DNA of 64,000 nt from Chitinophaga pinensis (GCA_943372645.1 CALRZN010000002.1:77192-141191); one strand, 5' to 3'. Positions 1 through 10,524 are shown, counted from the stretch's first letter. Numbers and translations are program-made. Notes: generated by a model from the letters alone, not told the origin.

Positions 1-1251
1 GTAATTGCCGGTAAACACAAAGATGCTGGCTTTCGGGCGGTAGCTCGAAATGCGGAACGCCGTGTAACCGGAATGCGTCATCGTAATAATCGCCGTGGCA
101 TCCGTCTGCCGCGCCAGTTGTCCGGCCGAGTAACAGATCTGGTCTGAAATAAGGCGGTCGTTCTGGCTCATGAGCGCGGGCTGTTCGATGTGGTAGATGT
201 GGCTTTCTTCTTCTACCTGCGCAATAATTTTCGACATCGCTTCAATTACGCGCGCGGGGTGTTTGCCTACGGAGGTTTCTCCGCTCAGCATCACGGCATC
301 GGCACCATCCATCACCGAGTTGGCCACGTCGTTCACTTCGGCGCGGGTGGGCGACGGGTTGGTGATCATGCTTTCCATCATCTGCGTGGCAATAATAACA
401 GGCTTCGAGGCTTCGAGGCATTTTTTCACCAGCATTTTCTGAATCACCGGCACGCGCTGCATCGGCACTTCCACGCCGAGGTCGCCGCGCGCCACCATCA
501 GTCCGTCCGTTTCGCGGATAATCGGATCAATATCGCTTACCGCTTCCGGCTTCTCAATCTTGGCAATGATTTTTGCCGTGCTGTTCGGATTGATTTCTTT
601 GATCAGGTGTTTCAGCTCAATAATATCAGCGCCTGAACGCACAAACGAAAGGCCGATCCAGTCAATATCATGCTGCAGTGCAAAGTGCAGGTCTTTGATG
701 TCTTTTTCGGTAAGGCAGGGCAACGAAATTTTTGTGTTGGGCAGGTTCACCCCTTTTTTTGATGACAGTATTCCGCCGTGTTCCACCACCGCGGTTACTT
801 CGTCTTTCCCGTTTGTTTTAACAGCACGCAAAACCAGTTTGCCGTCATCAATCAGAATCTGGTCGCCTTCTTTCACGTCTTTCGGAAACTGCTGGTACGT
901 CATAAAAACGCGTTGCGCATTTCCGATTACTTTTTCGGAGGTAAACACCAGTTCGTTGCCGGGAATGAGTTCCACGCCGTTGTTTTCTACTTCCCCGATG
1001 CGGAGCTTTGGTCCCTGCAGGTCGGCCAGTATGGCGATGTGTGTACCGAGTTTGCGGTTCACTTCGCGTATGTTTTTAATCACCTGCTCCACCACCGCAT
1101 AATCGCCGTGTGAAAAGTTTATGCGGAACACATCCGCACCGGCCAGGGCCATGGCTTCCAGCACTTCCGCCGAGGAAGACGCCGGGCCAATGGTGGCCAC
1201 TATTTTGGTTCGGTTATACGTAATCCGCTGGGCACTTGCCTGTTCGTTCAT
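1..1251 (-). CDS. pyk: Pyruvate kinase (3' end beyond the window edge, so C-terminus truncated)
   Basis: Reverse-strand translation starts MNEQASAQRITYNRTKIVATIGPAS with ATG at 1251 (reverse complement of cat at 1249-1251). It continues through recognisable pyruvate kinase motifs and runs off the window start, which is why it is absent from the ORF track. Confidence 0.88.
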   Translation of the reverse strand, partial: MNEQASAQRITYNRTKIVATIGPASSSAEVLEAMALAGADVFRINFSHGDYAVVEQVIKNIREVNRKLGTHIAILADLQGPKLRIGEVENNGVELIPGNELVFTSEKVIGNAQRVFMTYQQFPKDVKEGDQILIDDGKLVLRAVKTNGKDEVTAVVEHGGILSSKKGVNLPNTKISLPCLTEKDIKDLHFALQHDIDWIGLSFVRSGADIIELKHLIKEINPNSTAKIIAKIEKPEAVSDIDPIIRETDGLMVARGDLGVEVPMQRVPVIQKMLVKKCLEASKPVIIATQMMESMITNPSPTRAEVNDVANSVMDGADAVMLSGETSVGKHPARVIEAMSKIIAQVEEESHIYHIEQPALMSQNDRLISDQICYSAGQLARQTDATAIITMTHSGYTAFRISSYRPKASIFVFTGNY

Positions 1252-1322
1252 TTTCGTTTTTTTCTGGGGGGCTGTAAGCATAATTTCAAATTGTTTGTTT
1301 TATATAAAGGGTTATTAAAAGG

Positions 1323-1742
1323 CTAAAATACTAAGTTTTGCTTTGACCTGAGTTGCGCCGGGATAAGCGGAAAAGCCATAAGTACAAACGGAATGTTTTT
1401 TATGCCCTGCAGCATCCGCTCCTCTTCCTGTTTACCGAAAGGCCCTTTGGCCACAAAAAAACAGTCGGCCTGCTTCTGTTCGGGAATCAGCAGCCCGCCT
1501 TCGCTGCGGTTATTCACGATATAACAGGCGGTGTCGTGTTCCAGGTTCTCATACATATACAACGTAAACGATGCCGGTTTTTCGTCTTTTTTCAGCACGA
1601 TTTCCAGCGGGGCAATGCGTTCCATTTCAATGCCGAGCGCCGTATTCACCGCCCAGCAAAGCCGGTAGTCCTTTTCATGGCAGGCAATGCCGGCCAGGAA
1701 AAAGTCGTAATCGTATTCAATATCAAGGCGAAATTTTGTCAC
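1323..1742 (-). CDS. Conserved hypothetical protein, possibly IPExxxVDY family
   Basis: 139-aa ORF containing 'LLIPEQKQADCFF'. Compact spacing between pyk and the outer membrane protein on the same strand. Confidence 0.45.
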   Translation of the reverse strand: MTKFRLDIEYDYDFFLAGIACHEKDYRLCWAVNTALGIEMERIAPLEIVLKKDEKPASFTLYMYENLEHDTACYIVNNRSEGGLLIPEQKQADCFFVAKGPFGKQEEERMLQGIKNIPFVLMAFPLIPAQLRSKQNLVF

Positions 1743-1808
1743 TGGTAGCTATGACAAAAGTACACGAAAGAAAGTCAGCCGCTGTTATCCCAATGATAAT
1801 ATAATTGC

Positions 1809-2861
1809 CTAGAACGCAACCGAAAGCGAGCCGGTAACAATCAGCATGTCGCTGTTCGGAATGAAATAGCCCAGGTAATCCGACTTCAGGTACTTACCTT
1901 CCGCGCGCAGCCACACATTTTTGTATGGGCTGTAATCGAGGTTGAGCGAACTCGCCATCGTGTTCTGAAAACGCGCCTGAACGCCAATTTCATCGTTAAT
2001 GTATTCGCCCCGTACGGCCAGTTTCCATTTGTCGGAAAACGCATAACGGCCAATGAGCGCGGAAGTCATCCATTTCTCCTTACGGGTTAGTGTTGGCATT
2101 TTCTGCTGCTGAAAACCAATATCAAACAGCCCGCTGAGGTCAAATTTGTCGTTCACTTTCCAGGTGAAATAAAAATCGTGGAAAAAACGGGTAGGAACAT
2201 TGTAAAACGGGATCGAAATAAAGTCCGGCGATTCCCCGTAATACGTGCTTGAGTTAAATGTCAGCCGGTCGTTCGGTTTAAACGTGATCTGCGTGCCGCC
2301 GGCAATGGAGTTGCCGCTTTTGTACACATTCTGCCAGCCGTTCAGAAAGAGGCCGGCAAAAGTCCATTTGTCCCCGCATTCGTATGTCAGCTTTACACCG
2401 GTTTCATAATACGGACTGTATTCCGCCGCAATGGAGCGGGTAAGCGTGGCGTTGTCTTTCGAAATGGCCGTTTCAATACCGATGTGCGAAGGCATAATGC
2501 CCGCGTCAACCCAAAGCCCTTTCGCCAGTTTAAACCCGGCGTTGGCTTCATACACCATATCCGGTCCGTTGGCACTGGCATACGTTCCGGCATGGAGGCC
2601 GAGGTTGGCACGCACATTATCTGTTTTGTAGTGCGCCGTAAGCAGCGCGTGGTTAATGTTTATTTCGTTGCGGCGTGCATGGCTGTAATAACCGGGGATG
2701 TAGTTGCCGAATAAAGTTGTTTTGGGAGAACTCCACGCATAATACGCGTCCACATAACCATCAAAAGTTACCGGGATCTTTTTTTCTGTTTTGGAGGAGT
2801 CCGTTTGGGCGTTTAATGCGGTTGCGCAAAACAACGCGAGGGGAAGGAACAGGTTTTTCAT
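1809..2861 (-). CDS. Outer membrane beta-barrel protein (porin-like)
   Basis: Signal peptide MKNLFLPLALFCATALNAQ. Aromatic/Gly-rich alternating pattern and C-terminal Phe (…SLSVAF) typical of outer membrane beta-barrels. Confidence 0.6.
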   Translation of the reverse strand: MKNLFLPLALFCATALNAQTDSSKTEKKIPVTFDGYVDAYYAWSSPKTTLFGNYIPGYYSHARRNEININHALLTAHYKTDNVRANLGLHAGTYASANGPDMVYEANAGFKLAKGLWVDAGIMPSHIGIETAISKDNATLTRSIAAEYSPYYETGVKLTYECGDKWTFAGLFLNGWQNVYKSGNSIAGGTQITFKPNDRLTFNSSTYYGESPDFISIPFYNVPTRFFHDFYFTWKVNDKFDLSGLFDIGFQQQKMPTLTRKEKWMTSALIGRYAFSDKWKLAVRGEYINDEIGVQARFQNTMASSLNLDYSPYKNVWLRAEGKYLKSDYLGYFIPNSDMLIVTGSLSVAF

Positions 2862-2915
2862 CAGTGCAATAATAACAAATTGCGGGATTATTTTGTTTTA
2901 AAAAAACCGGAGACC

Positions 2916-3758
2916 TTAATTGAAAACAGTAACGTTGTTTCCGTCAAACGCTGCAAAAACCATACTCGGGTGCGAATCGGCGTGAAAGATGTTCCCGTTT
3001 TTATCAATCGCAATGGCACCTGCAAAACCATCAAAAGCCTTCAGTTCGTCAAACGATTTTGCAAACGCATCGGCAATCGGAAAACCATCGGTTACACGTG
3101 TTACAATTTTTGTGGCTAATGCGGCACTCACAATGTCTTCGCCAACGCCGGTGGTGCTTACGCCGCAATGTGCGTTTACAAAATTGCCGGCCACGGTTGC
3201 GGAATCAGAAATACGTCCGGGAATTTCAAAACCCTTGCCGCCGGTAGAAGTAGCTGCAGCCAGGTTGCCGTGTGCATCAAGCGCTACACAGCCCACGGTG
3301 CCTACCCCGGTTGCGGCCAGTTTGGCTTCGTATTCGCTGCGGCGTTGCGGAATTTCAGGACTGTAAAAATCAAATCCGTTTTCACGCGCAAAGTTGGTTG
3401 CCCCTTCCCCGCCCAGCACGCGGTCATCGTAACCGAATAATTTTTCGGCCACGCGTATCGGGTTCTTCACGTCTTCGATATTAATAACGCCACTGAATTT
3501 TTTGGTAACCCCGTCCATCACCGCCGCGCTCATGCGAATTTTCCCGTCGCGCTGAATCTGCGAACCGGTACCTGCATTAAACAGCGTATCATTCTCCAAC
3601 AGCTCCACCGCATAAATCACCGTTTCAAAAGCCGTGTGCGTTTGCAGGTAGTTGTATGATTCCATTATAATGCGCTGCAACGCATCCTGCTTCGCCTTTT
3701 TGGTTTCAGCACTGGTTGATGATTCGCTGAAAAAGCCGCCGTGTATGATGATTTTCAT
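2916..3758 (-). CDS. iaaA: Isoaspartyl dipeptidase / L-asparaginase, Ntn-hydrolase family
   Basis: 280 aa with GTVGCVALD and TSTGG (Thr nucleophile region) motifs of plant-type asparaginase/isoaspartyl peptidase. Lies immediately downstream of cyanophycinase, which releases beta-Asp-Arg dipeptides. Confidence 0.85.
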   Translation of the reverse strand: MKIIIHGGFFSESSTSAETKKAKQDALQRIIMESYNYLQTHTAFETVIYAVELLENDTLFNAGTGSQIQRDGKIRMSAAVMDGVTKKFSGVINIEDVKNPIRVAEKLFGYDDRVLGGEGATNFARENGFDFYSPEIPQRRSEYEAKLAATGVGTVGCVALDAHGNLAAATSTGGKGFEIPGRISDSATVAGNFVNAHCGVSTTGVGEDIVSAALATKIVTRVTDGFPIADAFAKSFDELKAFDGFAGAIAIDKNGNIFHADSHPSMVFAAFDGNNVTVFN

Positions 3759-3781
3759 ATTCCTTCGGATAGATTAGTCTG

Positions 3782-3843
3782 GATTTTCGATTGTTGATTT
3801 TTGATTTTATCCTATCCCAATCAAAAATCAACAATCGAAAATC
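3782..3843. promoter_or_regulatory. Perfect 25-bp inverted repeat (stem-loop) with 12-nt loop between cphB and iaaA
   Basis: gattttcgattgttgatttttgatt (3782-3806), loop ttatcctatccc, then aatcaaaaatcaacaatcgaaaatc (3819-3843), the exact reverse complement. No U-run on either strand follows it. Confidence 0.6.
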
Positions 3844-3881
3844 AAAAATCAGGTTGGTTGGCGCGCCGGCAAGCTCCTATG

Positions 3882-4754
3882 CTACGCATGCTGTTTATCG
3901 TGAATCACCATGTGGTGCGTACGCAGGTCATACCGATCGTACATACTCATTACATGCACCACGAGGTGTTTAATCGAAATCGGTTCGCCCAGGTCCACCT
4001 GCGTCAGATTCGTGTCTTTAATTTCACGTCCGTCAACAAGAATCACCAGTCCCGAACCGATGGCTTCCATCCGGTGCCCGTCGGTAATCAGCAGCCCGGT
4101 ATCTTCGCCGAGACCGACACCGAGAATGCGCGGGTTGCCCACTACGGCCTGGAACAAACGGCCGATGCGTCCGCGGTGTACGAAGTGTGTGTCAATAATC
4201 ACATCGTCAATCAGTCCGAGTCCGCCGGTAATTTTTACTTCGCCTTTCAGCAACGCTTCCTTGCTCGAACCCTGGTAAATCATGTTGTTTGAAGCGGCAG
4301 CGGCGCCGGCAGAAGTTCCGGCAAAAATAAATTCTTCGTTCTGGTATTTATGAATCAGCAGGTCGTGAAACTCCGTACCGCCAAGGATAGATGTAAGGCG
4401 CAGCTGATCGCCGCCGGTAAACATCACCACATCGGCTTTTTTCAGGCGCTCCACATGATCGGGATCCATCGCATGTTCCCGGTTTTCGATGTGCATCACT
4501 TCCACATTTTCGGCGCCGAGAAACTTAAATGCACGCGCATACTCCGGTCCCACTTCACGTGGAATTTTAGATGCCGTGGTTACGATTTCGATCTGCGACT
4601 TTTCCTTGTGCAGCGATTCAACGATAATCCGTTTTAAAATGCCCGACTCAAAAAAGTTGAGGTTCTTCTCAACCTGCTGGTCGAAATCTTTTTCGGTAAA
4701 ACTTCCTTTGTCAACCGCTCCGCCAATAATGACGAGTTTTCCTTTTGGAATCAT
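3882..4754 (-). CDS. cphB: Cyanophycinase (peptidase S51)
   Basis: 290 aa starting MIPKGKLVIIGGAVDKG…, with GTSAGAAAASNNM (Ser nucleophile in GxSxG) and overall CphB architecture. Clustered with cphA and iaaA. Confidence 0.85.
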   Translation of the reverse strand: MIPKGKLVIIGGAVDKGSFTEKDFDQQVEKNLNFFESGILKRIIVESLHKEKSQIEIVTTASKIPREVGPEYARAFKFLGAENVEVMHIENREHAMDPDHVERLKKADVVMFTGGDQLRLTSILGGTEFHDLLIHKYQNEEFIFAGTSAGAAAASNNMIYQGSSKEALLKGEVKITGGLGLIDDVIIDTHFVHRGRIGRLFQAVVGNPRILGVGLGEDTGLLITDGHRMEAIGSGLVILVDGREIKDTNLTQVDLGEPISIKHLVVHVMSMYDRYDLRTHHMVIHDKQHA

Positions 4755-4841
4755 GGCCGCAAAGTTAAGAACAAATTAAGAGCTTGCGCCTTTTCTTAAC
4801 CCGGTTAATGCACAATTACACGTTCATTTCTCAACAAGCAG

Positions 4842-6506
4842 TTATCCGCCCCAGGAATCTTTCAGTCCAACCGTTTTGTTAAACACCGCTTTTTCGGGAG
4901 CGGAATCCCTGTCGAGACAGAAATACCCTTTGCGTAGAAACTGGAAGTGCTCGCCCGCTGCCGCATTTTTCAGCGCAGGTTCGGCATACACCACAGGAAC
5001 TACGTGCAGGCTGTTTTCATTGATATATGCTTTGAACTCGCCTTCTTCGTTGGCCGGATCTTCCACCTTAAACAGGCGGTCGTATTCGCGCACTTCCACC
5101 GGGTAAGCATCTGCGATATTAACCCAGTGTACCGTGCCCTGTACCTTCAGGCCCGACACATCGCTGCCGCTGCGGCTTTCGGGAATGTAGGTGCAATGCA
5201 GTTCGGTTACATTTCCGTTTTCGTCTTTCACCACTTCGTTGCACGTAATGATGTAGGCGTATTTCAGGCGAACCTGTTTGCCCACGCTCAGGCGGAAATA
5301 TTTTTTAGGCGGGTTCTCCATGTAATCGTCCTGCTCAATATAAATTTCGCGGCTGAACGGAATGAGGCGTGTTCCGGCTGCTTCGCCTTCGGGATAGTTT
5401 TCACCCACGAGCTGCTCGGTTTGTCCTTCGGGGTAATTGGTAATTACCACTTTCAGCGGATTAAAAACCGCCATGCGGCGCTGTGCAATTTTATTCAGGT
5501 CTTCGCGCACAAAAAATTCCAGCAGGCCGATATCAATCAGGTTCTCGCGTTTGGCAACACCTACCCGATCTACAAAATCGCGGATCGCTTTCGGCGTATA
5601 TCCCCTGCGGCGCATGCCTGAAAGTGTGGGCATACGCGGATCGTCCCAGCCGCTTACGTGTTTGTCATTCACCAGCTGCAGCAGTTTGCGTTTACTCATC
5701 ACCGTGTAATTCAGATTCAGGCGCGCAAACTCGTATTGTTTCGAGGGGTAAATTTCCAGTTTCTCAATGCACCAGTCGTATAGCGGGCGGTGCGGAATAA
5801 ACTCCAGCGTGCAGATGCTGTGCGTGATATTTTCAATTGAATCACTCTGCCCGTGTGCGAAATCATACATCGGGTAAATGCACCACTTGTCGCCGGTGCG
5901 GTGGTGATGCGCAAATTTGATCCGGTATATAACCGGGTCGCGCATAATCATGTTCGGATCGGCCATGTTGATTTTGGCACGCAGCGTTTTGGAGCCCTCC
6001 GGGAACTCGCCGTTTTTCATTTTTACAAACAGCGTTTCGTTTTCTTCCGGCGTGCGGTCGCGGTATGGACTGTTTTTGCCCGGCTCTGTAGGTGTTCCTT
6101 TCAGCGCGGCAATTTCTTCCGACGTGGAATCATCCACGTAAGCAAGTCCTTTGCGTATCAGCGTAAGCGCAAATTCAAACAGTTGCGGAAAATAATCGCT
6201 CGCATAAAATTCATTCGCCCATTCAAAACCCAGCCATTTGATGTCGGCCTTAATGCTTTCCACGTATTCCGTATCCTCGGTAACCGGGTTTGTATCGTCA
6301 AAACGCAGGTTGGTTTTACCGCCGAATTTCTGGGCCAGTCCGAAATTAACGCAGATGGCTTTGCTGTGGCCGATGTGCAGGTACCCGTTCGGCTCCGGCG
6401 GAAAACGGGTTAATACAGCCGTATGTTTCCCGGATGCCAGGTCGGCGGCGATAATTTCTTCGAGAAAATTCTGGGGTTTCTCTTCTTCTTTGATGTTCTT
6501 TTCCAT
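4842..6506 (-). CDS. glnS: Glutaminyl-tRNA synthetase
   Basis: 554 aa with HIGHSKA (HIGH motif) and VMSKRK (KMSKS-like) motifs. Class I aaRS catalytic core plus the GlnRS anticodon-binding beta-barrel region. Confidence 0.93.
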   Translation of the reverse strand: MEKNIKEEEKPQNFLEEIIAADLASGKHTAVLTRFPPEPNGYLHIGHSKAICVNFGLAQKFGGKTNLRFDDTNPVTEDTEYVESIKADIKWLGFEWANEFYASDYFPQLFEFALTLIRKGLAYVDDSTSEEIAALKGTPTEPGKNSPYRDRTPEENETLFVKMKNGEFPEGSKTLRAKINMADPNMIMRDPVIYRIKFAHHHRTGDKWCIYPMYDFAHGQSDSIENITHSICTLEFIPHRPLYDWCIEKLEIYPSKQYEFARLNLNYTVMSKRKLLQLVNDKHVSGWDDPRMPTLSGMRRRGYTPKAIRDFVDRVGVAKRENLIDIGLLEFFVREDLNKIAQRRMAVFNPLKVVITNYPEGQTEQLVGENYPEGEAAGTRLIPFSREIYIEQDDYMENPPKKYFRLSVGKQVRLKYAYIITCNEVVKDENGNVTELHCTYIPESRSGSDVSGLKVQGTVHWVNIADAYPVEVREYDRLFKVEDPANEEGEFKAYINENSLHVVPVVYAEPALKNAAAGEHFQFLRKGYFCLDRDSAPEKAVFNKTVGLKDSWGG

Positions 6507-6725
6507 TGCTGAGATAAATAGCAGGTTGTTTTATGGAACAAAATGCAGGCACAAAGCTATTGAATTTTAACCTCGTAAAAACAGGGTAAACCGGTTCGGC
6601 AGTACAATGCAACTTTTTCCGGCCTGCTCTTTTTGCCCGATAAAAAAACAGTGCATGCGGCCGCAATAGGAAATCCCGTTCTTTTTTTGATAAATTTACC
6701 AAAACACGAAAAAACCGACTGATTT

Positions 6726-9341
6726 ATGAAGATTCTGAGCGTTCAGGCCTTGCGCGGACCGAATATCTGGAGTGTAAACCGAAAAAAACTGATCCAGATG
6801 CGTCTCGATCTGGAAGACATGGAACAAAATCCGACCGATAAAATCCCCGGTTTCCGGGAACGGCTGGAAGCCATGTTTCCCACCATGATTGAGCACCGCT
6901 GCTCGGAAGGTGATCGCGGCGGCTTTTTTCACCGGGTGGAACGCGGCACGTGGATGGGCCATGTGATTGAACATATCGCACTTGAAACACAAAGCCTGGC
7001 CGGCATGGAAACCGGTTTCGGCCGCACCCGCGAAACCAACACACCCGGCATTTATAACGTGGTGTTCAGTTACGTGGAAGAAAAAGTCGGCCTGTTTGCC
7101 GCTGAATCAGCGGTACGCATTGCCGAAGCACTCATCAGCGGCGAGCCGTACGACCTGCAGGCCGATCTGAAAAAAATGCGCGAAATACGTGAAGATGTGC
7201 GCCTCGGACCCAGCACGGGAAGTATTGTTGACGAAGCCGTGGCCCGCGATATTCCGTGGATCAGGCTTGGTACCAACTCGCTGGTACAGCTTGGCTACGG
7301 CGTAAACCAGATGCGTTTCCAGGCCACCATTACCTGCAAAACGAGCAACATTGCGGTTGACATCGCCTGCAATAAAGAAGATACCAAACGCATGCTCGAC
7401 GCCGCCAGCATTCCGGTGGCCAAAGGCGATATCTGCGTGGATGAAGAAGATCTTGAAAACACCATCAAACGCATCGGCTACCCGATTGTGATTAAGCCGC
7501 TCGACGGCAACCACGGCAAAGGCGCTTCCATTAACGTGAACACGTGGGAAGATGCAGTAGCCGGACTGGCTTTCGCAAAAAAATACAGCCGCCGTGTAAT
7601 TGTGGAACGCTTCATCACCGGTTTCGATTTCCGCGTACTCGTTATTGATAACAAAGTAGTCGCAGCAGCACAGCGCGTTCCGGCTCACGTAAAAGGCGAC
7701 GGTAAAAATACGATCCAATACCTCATTGACGAAGAGAACAAAGATCCGCGCCGCGGGTACGGACACGAAAACGTGCTCACCGAAATTTCGGTTGACCGCG
7801 ATACGCTCGACCTGCTTTCGAAAAAAGAATACACGCTTGAAACGGTTCCGGCCAAAGACGAAATCGTGTACCTCAAATCAACCGCAAACCTGAGCACCGG
7901 CGGCACTTCCATTGATGTAACCGACATGATGCACCCGGAAAATATTTTCCTGGCCGAACGCATTGCGCGTGTAATCGGACTGGATGTGTGCGGTATCGAC
8001 ATCATGGCCAAAAACCTGACGCAGCCGCTGAAAGAAAACGGCGGTGTTATTCTGGAAGTGAATGCGGCTCCCGGATTCCGCATGCACCTGGCGCCTTCCG
8101 AAGGCCTGCCGCGCAACGTGGCTGCGCCGGTACTCGATATGCTGTATCCGCCCGGCAAACCGAGCCGCATCCCGATTTTTGCGGTTACCGGTACCAACGG
8201 AAAAACAACCACCACGCGCCTGCTTGCACACATTGTAAAATACAACGGATACAAAGTCGGTTACACCACCTCCGACGGTATTTATGTACAGAACCACATG
8301 CTTGAAAAAGGTGACACCACCGGTCCGATCAGCGCCGAGTTTATTTTAAAAGATCCGACCGTTGAGTTTGCCGTACTCGAAACCGCGCGCGGCGGCATCC
8401 TGCGCAGTGGCCTCGGTTTCAGCCGCTGCGACATCGGCATCATCACCAACATCCAGGAAGATCACCTCGGACTCAGCGATATTGATACGCTCGAAGACCT
8501 GGCCCGTGTAAAAAGCACAGTGGTGAAGAGCGTGAAAAAGGATGGCTGGGCCATCCTCAACGCCGAAGATGTGTGGTGCCTCAAAATTGCGGAATCACTC
8601 AGCTGCAATGTTGCACTGTTCAGCTTAAACGAACACTGCGATGCGATAGTAAAACATTGCCGCGCGGGAGGCATTGCCGCCATTTACGAAAACGGATTCA
8701 TCACCATTAAAAAAGGCGACTGGAAAATACGCGTGGAAAAAGCCTCGCATGTTCCGCTCACCATGGGCGGCAAAGCACGTTTTATGATTGCCAACGTGCT
8801 GGCCGCAACACTGGCTTCGTACCTGTATGGGTTTAAAACCGAAGACATCAAGATTTCACTCACCACGTTTATCCCGGGTGCTGCGCAAACGCCGGGCCGC
8901 ATGAACATCTTTAACTTCAAAAAGTTTAAGGTGATGATTGATTTTGCACACAACCCGGCCGGTTACCGCGGCATTGAGGATTTTATGCAGAACATTCCTT
9001 CGCCGCACAAGGTGGGCATTATTGCCGGCGTGGGCGACCGCCGCGACAGTGATATCCGCGACTGCGGTGAAATTGCTGCACGCATGTTCGATCACCTCAT
9101 CATCCGCCAGGAAAAACACCTGCGCGGCCGCACCGAAGACGAAATCATCAACCTCATCCTCGAAGGCATCAAAGCCGCCAACAAGGAAGTGACCTACGAA
9201 ATCATCCCGAAAGAAACCGAAGCCATCAAACACGCCATCAGCACGGCGCAGGAAGGTTCGTTTATCGTGGCGTTGAGCGACGTGGTTACGAATGCGATTG
9301 ATATTGTGCAGCAGTACCTGGATAAGGAAAGTGAGGAATAA
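6726..9341 (+). CDS. cphA: Cyanophycin synthetase
   Basis: 871 aa starting MKILSVQALRGPNIWS. N-terminal ATP-grasp region and C-terminal Mur-ligase-like region (GTNGKTTTT P-loop). Divergent from glnS-cphB-iaaA. Confidence 0.93.
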   Translation: MKILSVQALRGPNIWSVNRKKLIQMRLDLEDMEQNPTDKIPGFRERLEAMFPTMIEHRCSEGDRGGFFHRVERGTWMGHVIEHIALETQSLAGMETGFGRTRETNTPGIYNVVFSYVEEKVGLFAAESAVRIAEALISGEPYDLQADLKKMREIREDVRLGPSTGSIVDEAVARDIPWIRLGTNSLVQLGYGVNQMRFQATITCKTSNIAVDIACNKEDTKRMLDAASIPVAKGDICVDEEDLENTIKRIGYPIVIKPLDGNHGKGASINVNTWEDAVAGLAFAKKYSRRVIVERFITGFDFRVLVIDNKVVAAAQRVPAHVKGDGKNTIQYLIDEENKDPRRGYGHENVLTEISVDRDTLDLLSKKEYTLETVPAKDEIVYLKSTANLSTGGTSIDVTDMMHPENIFLAERIARVIGLDVCGIDIMAKNLTQPLKENGGVILEVNAAPGFRMHLAPSEGLPRNVAAPVLDMLYPPGKPSRIPIFAVTGTNGKTTTTRLLAHIVKYNGYKVGYTTSDGIYVQNHMLEKGDTTGPISAEFILKDPTVEFAVLETARGGILRSGLGFSRCDIGIITNIQEDHLGLSDIDTLEDLARVKSTVVKSVKKDGWAILNAEDVWCLKIAESLSCNVALFSLNEHCDAIVKHCRAGGIAAIYENGFITIKKGDWKIRVEKASHVPLTMGGKARFMIANVLAATLASYLYGFKTEDIKISLTTFIPGAAQTPGRMNIFNFKKFKVMIDFAHNPAGYRGIEDFMQNIPSPHKVGIIAGVGDRRDSDIRDCGEIAARMFDHLIIRQEKHLRGRTEDEIINLILEGIKAANKEVTYEIIPKETEAIKHAISTAQEGSFIVALSDVVTNAIDIVQQYLDKESEE

Positions 9342-9459
9342 AAAACATTTATTGATATGCGAAACTGCGCGTTTCAAGGAATAAAAAAGAGCGTGTGTAG
9401 ATCCGCGATGCTTCGCGGATGAACCACGAACATTGTTTTTGCAAAATAAAAGTTTGTTT

Positions 9460-9510
9460 ATCCGCGATGCAACAGGAACCCAAAACCTTGTGTGTCGCGG
9501 ATTTTTTAAT
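9460..9510 (+). terminator. Putative cphA terminator (long-loop stem followed by T-run)
   Basis: atccgcga (9460-9467) pairs with tcgcggat (9495-9502), followed by tttttaat. A second atccgcga/tgct/tcgcggat hairpin sits at 9401-9420. The loop is long, so this is tentative. Confidence 0.3.
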
Positions 9511-9687
9511 GACCTCTTATCCGAAAAACAAAAAGTAGCCGCCCACCATCACAATGATGATGAGGTACTGCCAGAAGTCGAGGAACAGTTTGAAAAACTG
9601 TTTGAAGAAATCGTTCATGTTGACGCAAAAGTAGGAATTCGGCGGTAATTTTTGATTTTCAGTTATCTTTCGGTGAATTCAATTCAC

Positions 9688-10326
9688 ATGGACGAGCAGC
9701 AACACGACCGGACGAAGCACTCGGTTGATACCTACAACAAGATTGCGCAGATTTACCAGGACAAGTTCATGGACATGGATCTGTACAATGAAACATACAA
9801 TCGTTTCTGCAGCCGGGTAAGCAAACAGGGCGCATCCATTTTCGAAGTCGGTTGCGGGCCGGGCAACATTACGCGTTACCTGTTAAACAAACGTCCCGAC
9901 TTTAAGATGGAGGCTACTGACCTTGCGCCGAATATGCTGGCGCTGGCAGAAAAAAATGTACCCGGCGCTTCGTTCCGTTTGATGGATTGCCGCGACATCG
10001 GATCGCTTCCCGGAATGTACGACGGTATCGTTTGCGGTTTTGCGATGCCTTATCTTTCAAAAGAAGCATGCGTGCAGTTTATCCGCGACAGCGCATTAAA
10101 ATTAAACAGCGGCGGTATTTTGTACTGCAGTGTGATTGAAGATGCGTACGAAAACTCGCGCATGCAGGTAAGCAGCAACGGCGAATTCAGCATATACATT
10201 TATTGCCACGAAGCGGAATACCTGCTCCGCGCGCTGGCCGAAAACGGGTTTACCAGCACGGAGGAATTCCGCATCAGCTACCCCGGAAACGCCACGCACC
10301 TGGTGCTGATTTCCGAAAAAAAGTAA
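9688..10326 (+). CDS. Class I SAM-dependent methyltransferase
   Basis: VGCGPGNIT (motif I, GxGxG) and a typical MTase fold spacing. Start taken at the internal Met (MDEQQHD) of ORF 9652..10326. Confidence 0.72.
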   Translation: MDEQQHDRTKHSVDTYNKIAQIYQDKFMDMDLYNETYNRFCSRVSKQGASIFEVGCGPGNITRYLLNKRPDFKMEATDLAPNMLALAEKNVPGASFRLMDCRDIGSLPGMYDGIVCGFAMPYLSKEACVQFIRDSALKLNSGGILYCSVIEDAYENSRMQVSSNGEFSIYIYCHEAEYLLRALAENGFTSTEEFRISYPGNATHLVLISEKK

Positions 10327-10524
10327 TTTCCGCATAAACGGTTTAGAACAATGCTCCCCGCGCCGGCAGGCGTGTTTACGGGCATGCGCAAAACAAAAAC
10401 GGCCTGCATTTTGCAAAGTCTGATCTGAAAACGTGTTAATAACATAACAACGGGTTCGGATTTACGTTGTAGAGAGACACTTAATGTGCAGTTGGTGAAC
10501 GACCTGTTCAAAAATGCATGGCTT

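Noticed and set aside
4947-6413. Plus-strand ORFs (224 aa, 186 aa) inside glnS
   Set aside because: Antisense to GlnRS. They have no motifs.
7107-8297. Several 139-219-aa minus-strand ORFs inside cphA
   Set aside because: They lie internal and antisense to cyanophycin synthetase, which is supported along its full length.
9433-9648. 71-aa ORF between cphA and the methyltransferase
   Set aside because: It sits within the putative terminator and leader region. It is short and lacks a signal or conserved motifs, and the methyltransferase more plausibly starts at 9688.
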